Assembly (NCBI GenBank): GCA_038087875.1
Contig: CM075989.1
Span: 17,548,001 to 17,612,000, forward strand
DNA: 64,000 nucleotides
Reading direction: 5' to 3'
From: Malacoraja senta
Lineage: Eukaryota
The translations under genes and the position numbers were made by a program. Below the pieces are notes generated by a model. It was not told the DNA's origin and made no database searches. It saw only the letters and a list, made by a program, of their open reading frames with translations. Below are positions 53,941-64,000 of this stretch, piece after piece. The first letter of the stretch is position 1, and the number at the start of each line of letters is the position of its first letter.

Positions 53941-55679
53941 GGTAAACCCGGGAGTTGCCCACACAATGGCCCGCTTTCTGTGGAATGGTGAAATGCATCG
54001 TGCATTTTGAATGTAATGAAAATAAAACCGCGCCCATTTACCTTTCTACAGAATATTTGACCGAAATACTCATCATTCCTATTATAAATGTATAATATTT
54101 ATATTCATATATTCTGTTGTTTAGGGCAGACACAAAAAGCTGGAGTAACTCAGCGGGACAGGCGGCATCTCTGGAGAGAAGGAATGGGTGACGTTTCGGG
54201 TCGAGACCCTTCTATTATTGTTGAGGTCACTTTGTAAACGTTTTGTGACTGTTACTGTTAATTTTTTCTCCAAAAAATAAACGTTAAAAGAACAGTGCCT
54301 GTTACAAAGGTGTTTACAAAGTGACACAAACAACATAATGGACAATTTTAAAGCAGTAATTCAGAACGCAGTAATGAACATTTAAATTAATACATTGCGC
54401 GATGATTTTTTTTTAAACGGTATTACGGTATTAAAAAAGGATTTTGTTTTAATTCGGATTTTCAAAACTATTATCTGTTTTGGGGGTAAATTCACCTCTG
54501 GGCTCACTGTACCCATCCACGCACGTTCCCAGGTCTCATGGTACACATGTCACTGCAAATGTTTGACACGGAGATTATTCTCTTTTATGGCAAATGACAA
54601 ATTTAAAATGCGTGAATACTTTAAATTGAACGACAGAGCAGAGAATACGGTGGTCACTATTCACACATTCTATTCCAACATTTAAAATGTCCTAAACAAC
54701 AGAAGGGTCTCGACCCGAAACGTCACCCATTCCTTCTCTCCAGAGATGCTGCCTGTCCCGCTGAGTTACTCCAGCTTTTTGTGTGTACGCGGATAGGAAA
54801 GGTTGAAAGAGATATGGGTCAAACGCAAGCAGGTGGGACTAGTGTGGATGGGGATCTTGGCCGGCGTGGGCAAGTTGGACGGGCGCAGAGCGCTAGGGAC
54901 TCGGGTTCGATCCTGACTTCGGGTGCTGTTTGTGTGGAGTTTGCAAGTTCTCCTTGTTACCGCATATGCTTCCCATGGGTGCTTCGGGTTCACATCCCAA
55001 AGACGTGCGGGTTTGTAGGTCACTTGATTTCTGTACATTCTGTACAAAGTGGGATAACTTAGAAAAAGATACAAAGTGCTGGAGCAACTCAGCGGGTCGG
55101 GGCCCTTCTTGAAACACAACGCTGGGTGGCAGAGAACTAGTGTCGATGGTCGGCGTGGACTAGGGCCGAAGGGCCTGTTTTCACGTGTATCGCTAAACTA
55201 AACTAAACTAAAACTATATGAATAATTAGTTTTCGCTTAAATATTCCGTAGAAAGTTATATGGGCGTGGTTTCCTTTCATTATTTTAAAATCAAATTCTA
55301 TTATTCTAGAAATATTTTAAAACTTCCACAATTTCAGATCACAATGAAGCAACTTTCTTTTAGCATTTTGGAGTAGAGCACGTGGTTCATTAATGGCAAG
55401 ACAACACCCCCAAAGAGAAGATTAGACTAGAATGAAACTATTCCCGAACGCCGTACACCCTTGATCAGTGGATGGGGAGATAACATTTCGCAGTGGAGTC
55501 TGAAGAAGGGTTTCGGCCCGAAACGTTGCCTATTTCCTTCGCTCCATAGATGCTGCCGTACCCGCTGAGTTTCTCCAGCACTTTTGTCTACCCGGGAGAT
55601 AACACTTATTCAGTTCTACTGTCAGTTGTGGGTTGATCGCACTTTGAAGACCTATTTTCTGCACTTGATCCTCAGGATA

Positions 55680-57460
55680 ATATATTATATCTGAGGAAGG
55701 ATGTGCTGGCTCTGAAGCGGGTCCAGAGGAGGTTTACAAGAATGATCCCAGGAATGAGTAGGTTAACCTATGATAAGCGCTTGTCGGCACTGGACCTGTA
55801 ATCGCTGGAGTTTAGAAGAATGAGGGGGCAATCTCATTGAAACATACAGAATAGTGAAAGGTTTGGACAGAGTGGATGTTTCCACTAGTGGGAGAGTCTC
55901 GGACTGGAGGTCATAGTCTCAGAATTAAAGAACGTTCTTTCAAGAAGGAGATGATGAGCAGAAATTTCTTTAGTCAGAGGGTGGTGAATCTGTGGAATTA
56001 TTTGCCACAGAAGGCTGTGGAGGCCAAGTCAGTGGATATTTTTTAAGGCAGAGATAGACAGATTATTGATTAATGCAGGTGTCAGAGATTAAGGTTGAAA
56101 AGGCAGGAGAATGGGAGGGCGAGAGATCAGCCATGATTGAATGGTGGAGTAGACTTGATGGGACGAATGGCCTAATTCTGCTCCTATCACTTATGACCTT
56201 ATGAGCAAGGACATTCTTGCTATTGAGGGAGTGCAGCGTAGGCTCACCAGGTTAATTCCCAGGATGGCAGGACTGACACATGATGAAAGAATGGATCAAC
56301 TGGGCTTATATTCACTGGAAATTAGAAGGATGAGAGGGTATCTTACAGAAACATATAAAATTCTTAAGGTACACAAAAATGCTGGAGAAACTCTGTCTGA
56401 AGAAGGGTTTCGGCCCGAAACTTCAGTCTGAAGAAGGGTTTCGGCCCGAAACGTTACCTATTTCCTTCGCTCCATAGATGCTGCTGCACCCGCTGAGTTT
56501 CTCCAGCATTTTTGTGTACCTTCGATTTTCCAGCATCTGCAGTTCCTTCTTTAAAATTCTTAAGGGATTGGACAGGCTAGATGCAGGCAAAATGTTCCTG
56601 ATGTTGGGGGAGTCCAGAACCAGGGGTCACGTTATAAGAGGAAAAACTTTTTCAGCCAGAGTTGTGAATCTGCAGAATTCTCTGCCACAGAAGGCAGTGG
56701 ATTGCGTTCACTGGATGTATTCAAGAGAGAGTTAGATTTAGCTCTTAGGGCTAATGGAATCAAGGGATATGAGGAAAAAAATATCTGATTCTGGATGATC
56801 AGCCATGATCATATTGAATGGCGGTGCTGGCTCGAAGGGCCGAATGGCCTGCTCCTTCACTTATTTTCTGTTTCTATGTTTCCGTGATAAAGTTCCGCAG
56901 GGTATGCTGCTCTGGAAGGTTAGACTACATGGAATCCAAGGAGAGCTAGCCAAACTGGATAGAGAATTGGCTTCATGGATGGAAGCAGAGGGTGACAGTG
57001 TAAGGTTGTTTTTGGACTGGAAGCCTGTGACTAGTGGTGTGTCCAAGGAAATGGGTGTTGGGCCTATTGTTGTTGGCGGTTTCTATCAACGATTTGGATG
57101 AGAATGTAGAAGACATGATTAGTAAGTTTGCAGATGACACCAAAGTGACACTAAATAGCAAAGATGGTCATCAAAAATTGCAGCAGGATCTTGATTAGTT
57201 GGGCAAGTGATGGTTACTGGAGTTTGAGTCGTCTTGCATTTCAAGAAGTCAAACCAGGGCAGGACCTTCTTAGTGAATGGTTGGGCCCTGGGGAGTGTTG
57301 TAGAATAGAGGGATCTAGGAGTGTAGGTGCATATTTCCCTGAAAACAGTAGCACAAATAGATATGGTGGTCAATAAGTATTTTTGTGCATTGTCCTTCAT
57401 CAGTCAGGGTATTGAGTATAGAAGTTGGGATGTTACATTACAATTGTACAATACATCAGT
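55680..57460 (+). mobile_element. Cluster of nested/tandem CR1 fragments
   Basis: Repeated VQRR(F/L)TR.IP, RVVNL.N.LP, DKVP...LL.KV..HGI.G and SKFADDTK motifs. Confidence 0.8.
56370..56551 (+). mobile_element. Short Penelope pLTR insertion (inverted 5' piece + tandem hammerhead motifs) inside a CR1 3' end
   Basis: 14-bp TSD taaaattcttaagg (56356-56369 / 56552-56565); sequence almost identical to the 7540-7668 pLTR. Confidence 0.85.
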
Positions 57461-60400
57461 GAGTCAGGACAGTGAACAGGGGTCTTGCCTTCCACGCCCA
57501 CAAGGTTGATGGAGGGGTACTTTTCGATTTGAAGTTACCTTTGAGATTTGCCATTCTTGCACCAATGGTCATCAATTTCACAATAGCAATAGGTGTTGTT
57601 ATTAATTCATTCAGTCATTAAGCCATTCGGAAGTGTAATTTTTTGGTTCATGCTCCAACATGTTCATTCCAATGAGCTGAACTTTCTGAAACTTGTGTAA
57701 TTCTTGAAAAAAATTGGATTTGCAAACATTATGCTGAAACATAAACTGGTATTTTTTTAGATTCATGGTTTTTCATTACTATTATGATTTATATTTATAA
57801 AGTTCATAATCTATGATGGTGGCACTTTCTAATTCTTAAAATTAACTAGGAACTTTCATTCACTACAAATAATCCCCAATTGTTGAATCATCCACTGCTT
57901 CCTTTCAGAAACATTTTCTTTCCTTACTTTTATTGCCATAGATACCTGAAGTTAAATATATCAGGAATTGCCAAATTAGTCCACAGCTAGGTGGATGTAT
58001 TTTTTATATATTCAACATCTCTCAAGGGACATTTGCGATACTTCATTTCACTGAACTAACAAGATAGGCAAACTCAAGTAAAGTTATAGTTTGATGATTT
58101 ATGGAACAGCAACTTTCTACTTTTCTTTAATTATCACTTCTCTAGTTGGAAAGTGCAAGAGGTTGTACGTTTGCTTAAATTTAGAGTTGTGGAGGACCAA
58201 AATTATGAATGGATTTTTGTGAAAAAGCTGGAATTTAAAACTTGAGGCAGTCAGCATCAGTGCAGTATAGGATATAGAGACACAAGGAACTGCATATGTG
58301 GGTTTACTGAAACAGGCACAGTGCTGGAGTAACTCAGCAGGTCAGTCATCTCCTCTGGAGAATATATAGGTGACGTTTCAGGTCTGAAGGGTCTCGACCT
58401 GAAATGTTGCTTAACCATGTTCTCAAGCGATGTTGCCTGTCACATTGGATTTACATTGCATTAAACGTTATTTACTTTTCATGTAACTATACATTGTAAA
58501 TGGCTCGATTGTAATCACGTATTGTCTTTCTGCTGACTGGATAGCACGCAACAAAGCTTTTCACTGTACCTCGGTACTCATGACAAGAAACTAAACTGAA
58601 CTGAAAAAAAAATGAACGCTGTCACTCCACTTCACTTTGTGTCTTAATAGGATATAGAGTTGGGTTTTTAATGACTTTGGGACTGTTGTTCTGCATTGGC
58701 AAGGGCAGCCTAGGCAAGAGATTGCAGGAATGGACTGAACAGCAGCAAGATTACAGAAGATTCCCCTGCTTCTACATTCTTTTTCTCCTGTGTACCATTT
58801 TGTGTGTCTATCCAATGAACCACCAGTGAACTCTATCTAACTCTTGGTTCCGTGGTGTGAAATTGTGCGAGCAGATAAACAATTATAACATTCGAGAGAG
58901 TTCCTTCTGCACTGAAGCTTTTTAAAAAATTAATGTAGATGTTATTGTACATTTTCTAGTTTATGGCAGTCACCAGGTTCAGGTTTCCCCACTCGAGATT
59001 AGCATTCTGTGCATTCTGTAAAGGAGCTGTTTTAACAATAAATTGGCATAATCATTTTCCCCCATGCGGGAGAAGAATAGGGAATCAGGACATATCCTAC
59101 TGTAAGTACAAGGAATGGAGTTGTTTGCAATAAAAAGAGCTGCTGTACCAAACTGACATTTTTATGCAATAAAAAGATAAACAGCTTCTCTCCACAGCTA
59201 TTAGAACCCGTAAACAGATAATACTCGTGCATTTGTTATTGAGCAAGTAGTGAATCATAAAGAAACAGGTTGCAGGCACCACAGTCAAAACCAGACAGAC
59301 TTAAAAATTAATGGAGTATGAACTATAAAACTGTAGTTTGCTCATTTCACAAGGAAAATGGAAAACACAGTGGTGCATGATTTAACACTTTAAATACTTT
59401 GAAGATGCTGACAATTAACTCAAATGTTCCAACCTTGAAAAATATTTTACACACAGCTGTAACTGTTGCAAAGTACATTGTGTTACATTATTTGCAACAA
59501 CACTGGAAGATAATACACTTCTTAACCTTGAAGAAACAAAATTACCAAAAATGAAATAGTAGTTCTCACCTAAAGGTTAATTTGAATTAATTTGACAAAA
59601 TCCTTTCCACACTAAATTTGTAAAACTTAAAACTTTCAAATATTAAATATTTTTCATTAGTGGTAACAATTGTTAGTCCTCGTACACGTTAAATAATTTG
59701 CAGGTTAAGTTTGAAATAGAAAGTTTGGGGTTCTTGATCACAACAGCAGCAATAAGTAGTATAGAACCACATATCAACCATTTTGCAATACACTGATTTT
59801 AAAAGAAAAATCATCATTACACTGCAATGACGCTTTGAAATAGATAACACATCAGTAACAGGGTTTCACAAAACTGATAGATAAAGGAAGCAAGACAACA
59901 AACCTAAAATACCCGAGGCACAATTTTACAATCTAGTGTTATTCACAATTCTAAGTCGATCTAGGTATTTATACTTAAGATACGGTAAAAGGCAAATGCC
60001 GAACTTCAATCACCAACTGCAAATTTGCACAATGCACTTTGGAAATGGAAAACAATGAACATTTTTTTGGTCATCTTGCCTCACTGTACACTTAAGCATT
60101 TGCACAATTGAACACTTTTGCACAACTCCCACCTTTATAGGTGTTAAATTATTAACAGGCAACAGATTATTTTGTGGAGCCTCGGTTCGGTGTGCAATCC
60201 CAGAAAGTTTCAAAACAAACATGAAGAAACAGGATCGTATTTAATTTTTGTTACCACAATTACAAATTTATTGTCTGTCGTTAAAAAATCCATATGAGCA
60301 CATCAAAGCCAGTTAATGAAATAAAGATTGCAGAATAAGGACTGGCCCTGAATGAAAATCCCAACTAATGTTAAACTTATTTTCCAAGTACAGTCATAAA

Positions 60401-60906
60401 ATCTGGAAATTACAAGTTAAATTGTTTATAGTTAAAAACTTGCGCATTTTGTACATAATTCAAATGTTATTCTTTGCTGATATCCATAAGGCAAATTCTA
60501 ACAGTGCATATGAAATAATTTTAATGTATTTAGATACTGTATGTATTGAGCTAAGACTATATGTGTTTGAGTTGCAGTAATTGAATGCACCAGGAATAAA
60601 CGGCCCATTTAGATTGGTTTAGCTTGACATGCTCTTAGTACAGATACTAGTATTATGACAACTATGCATCCTAACATGCACAGTTACTACAGTATCTGTG
60701 ATGCAGAGGAAGAATGCAAAAGCATTGCAGGTGAAGTGAAGCTCATTTGTACAAACCCAACCATTATACAATATAGCATGAAATTAGAAGAGAAAAAATG
60801 CTCCAATGTTGAAATTGTTCATGGCTGTCTACTAGGCAGAGAGGGAACCCAGTGAGCTGGGTTGCATCTAGACACAACCCAGCAAACTCTAGACTAAATA
60901 TGAAGA

Positions 60907-61106
60907 NNNNNNNNNNNNNNNNNNNNNNNNNNNNNNNNNNNNNNNNNNNNNNNNNNNNNNNNNNNNNNNNNNNNNNNNNNNNNNNNNNNNNNNNNNNNNN
61001 NNNNNNNNNNNNNNNNNNNNNNNNNNNNNNNNNNNNNNNNNNNNNNNNNNNNNNNNNNNNNNNNNNNNNNNNNNNNNNNNNNNNNNNNNNNNNNNNNNNN
61101 NNNNNN
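60907..61106. other. Assembly gap (200 N)
   Basis: Run of n. Confidence 1.
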
Positions 61107-62482
61107 GTGTTTTGAGCGACTGGTTATGCAGCATATCAAAAATAGTCTACCTGCTGACCTAGACCCACTGCAGTTCGCCTACAGAGCCAACCGATCCACA
61201 GAGGACGCAGTCTCAACAACACTGAACCTCGTACTGTCACACCTTGATCGTAAAAATACTTATGCCAGGATCCTCTTCATAGACTTCAGCTCTGCTTTTA
61301 ATACAATCATTCCGCAGCAGCTGGTGGAGAAGTTGGAGCTATTGGGGTTGATGCTGGCACATGTAACTGGGTCCTGAACTTTCTATCGCAACGGCAGCAG
61401 ACAGTCAGGGTGGGCAGTAGGACATCAAAAACCATAGCCGTGAGCACTGGCTCGCCCCAAGGCTGTGCCCTAAGCCCCCTGCTGTTTAGTCTGCTAACAC
61501 ACGACTGTACTGCTAGACTCAACAACAACTTCATCAACAAGTTCGCTGATGACACAACAGTGGTGGGTCTCATCAGTGACAATGATGAGTCGGCGTACAG
61601 GATGGAGGTGGAGCTGCTCACAGGATGGTGCAAATCCCACAACCTCATTCTCAACGTGGGAAAAACTAAGGAGATGGTGGTTGACTTCAGGAGGGCGGGA
61701 AAACAACACCATACACCTCTGCACATCGATGGAGCTGATGTGGAAAGTCAACAGCGTGAAGTTCCTAGGACTCCACCTGTCAGATGACCTGACGTCCACG
61801 ACCAACACCACAGCACTGGTCAAGTGAGCCCAGCAGCGACTACACCCTCTCCGAAGACTACGTAAAGCAGGTCTCCCCACTACACACCTACGAACTTTTT
61901 ATAGGGGGACAATCGAGAGCACATTAACCTACGGCATCACTTCCTGGTTCGGGAGCTGCAAGGCGTACGAACGGCACCAACTAGACAGGATTGTGAAGAC
62001 CGCCAGCAGGATTATTGGTGCTCCACTCCCTTTCCTGCTGGACATATACAGGAAGAGATGTATCAGCAGAGCCATCTCCATCATCAAAGACCCCTACCAC
62101 CCATCGCATCACATATTCTCCATCCTGCCATCTGGGAAGAGGTACCGGAGCATTAGGTGCAAAACCAGCAGGATGCTCCTCAGCTTCTTCCTGCAGGTTA
62201 TAAGACTGATAAACGGACTTTGCCCCCTGCCAAAGTATCGTACACCAACCACCAACCTGGACACACTGCAGCAGAGCCACTGTCGTGCCGCTGCCGATCG
62301 GAACGCCTGTTGATGTTTAGTAGAGAGTAGAGTGTTAATTTGTTCATGATATATGTATTTTTACTTCTATTTATTTTTTACTGCACATTGAAATGGACAC
62401 TGGTTGAGCAACGTTTTTTTGTTTCCTCTGGGTATGTGAATACTCAGGAAATGACAATAAAGATATACAATACAATACAATA
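61107..62482 (+). mobile_element. Rex1/Babar non-LTR retrotransposon, RT region to 3' end (frameshifted)
   Basis: [17 protein letters not shown]...[81 protein letters not shown]; ends in aataaa + (tacaa)n. Confidence 0.9.
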
Positions 62483-62879
62483 GAAGCTCTGGAGGCAGAT
62501 GTGAGGGTCCCACTTATATCCGCAGCAGTTCGTAACTTTCTACCTACAATGTAACAGCAAGTGGCTGAACCAAGTATCAATAGGGGAAATAAATTGTGTA
62601 TAATAGGGCAATCATCTGAAGAGACAAATTCCACGTTCTGAGTGTCCAAAGGACGTGCTTAAAGCATCACTCAAGTTTTCCTCTCTATACAGCTTTCTGA
62701 AAGCAACCATTCACGTGTCATTTGTCACCTGAACAAGTACTTTTAAGAAAACTCTGGAACAAGTTACCTTGCACTAAATAGAAACAGCATAAACAAGAAA
62801 CGCTCATTTAGGGTCAAGGCAGATTTTCATGGATTTCTGGCAGCTCGTTGATCTAATCATGTTATCAGTTTTTTATCCG

Positions 62880-63470
62880 CAGACACAAGAACTGCAGACG
62901 CTGAAATCTTGAAGAAAATGCAAAGTACCGGAGGCAACATCCGAGTAAGTAACCAGTTTGCAGAAAACATATTTGGACCACCGAAGCCTGCTGGATCACT
63001 TGATTGCTAATAATTTTTACTCCTCTTCCCATTTCCATACTGTCCTGGGCCTCCTCCATTGCTAGAGTGAGGCCACACGCAAACTGGAGGAACACCTCTG
63101 TTAGAGTACTTCATAACCCAACGGCATGAAAATCAAATCAACCAATTTCAAGTAATACCTTCCTCTCACCCCTTTCCTGTGCTCTCCCCACCCCGATTTG
63201 CATTCATTTCTCCCTCTCTCACCCCCTTCAGTCACCCTGCTCCTTTCCCCTCCTTTGTACGCCATCCTCAAGTCTCTCAATTCCTTTTTATTCCCCCCTT
63301 CCCTCGTCTCCTTCCATCTACATCCCTCCCCCTGGCTTTATATTTCACTCGTTTTCTTTATGACACCCTTTTGTCACCATTTCACCTCTAGCCTCTGTCA
63401 CTTACTCCACCCTCCTCACCTGTACCCACCTATCACTTGTCAGGCTTTGCCCCGCTCCCACCTCTCTTTT
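62880..63470 (+). mobile_element. Degraded Penelope-like element 3' end
   Basis: gtcctgggcctcctccattgctagagtgaggccacacgcaaactggaggaa resembles 7306-7355 (VLGLLH..SE..RKLEE), followed by a pyrimidine-rich tail. Confidence 0.65.
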
Positions 63471-64000
63471 AAAGATTTCTTTACCTTTATCCATGAAATC
63501 TATTCAACGTTCAATGGCACTTTATTATCACATGTATCTAGGTACAGTGAAATTCCTTTCTATTCTATTCATTCATTCATTCATTCATATTCTATTCATC
63601 GTCAACCTTCCCACCGGGTAGACACTTGATTCTGTAACCCTGTATTAACTCCTCTTTATTCTATCGTAATGACAGTCCCATCTTTTCTCGCCTCTCAGTC
63701 ACTGATCTCTGGTGCTACTCTGGTTAATTCTGCATCATAAGGACTTAATATCCTTCCTTACACTATCACTTGAAGGCACTGTTAACACCCAATGTTAGTC
63801 TTCCCAATTTGTTACGTTAGATCTTTGGGTGCAACATGGCCTTGGATAATTTTTGATGAGTCCACTATGGGTGAAATTATTAATGACACCTTAATGAATA
63901 TTAACTATTGATGAAGCCTATGAGAATCTGTCTCAAAAAGGCAGCCCGCATTACCAAGGACCCACACCAACCTGACCAAGCTTTAATTTCACTCCTGGAA

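Overview
This is eukaryotic vertebrate DNA, most likely a cartilaginous fish (skate/ray/shark), judged from HE1-type V-SINEs, CR1/HER1-like LINE tails and Penelope-derived repeats. It has two 200-N scaffold gaps. The only host protein-coding gene I can support is on the minus strand: the first two coding exons of IGDCC3 (Punc). Exon 1 (52496-52439) is a signal peptide inside a CpG island, and exon 2 (42546-42241, 306 nt) is Ig domain 1; I found no exon 3, so most of the window is intron 2. The rest is retroelement debris (Penelope/GIY-YIG, CR1, Rex1/Babar, RTE, L1, SINEs), one PIF/Harbinger-type foldback MITE and long microsatellites. The most interesting signal is the dominant ~150-300 bp dispersed repeat. 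It is a non-autonomous Penelope pseudo-LTR carrying a minimal hammerhead-ribozyme motif (CUGAAGA-A-GGGU-N4-ACCC-GAAA-CG-UC), inserts with 8-15 bp target duplications, and is often partly inverted. One copy with a mutated ribozyme core appears to have re-inserted 13 kb away in the same intron, carrying ~70 bp of its host flank. Positions 1-4189 are a near-identical second copy of ~6586-11511 (probably an uncollapsed haplotype); comparing the two reveals a presence/absence Penelope insertion. Repeat boundaries were read by eye and are approximate.
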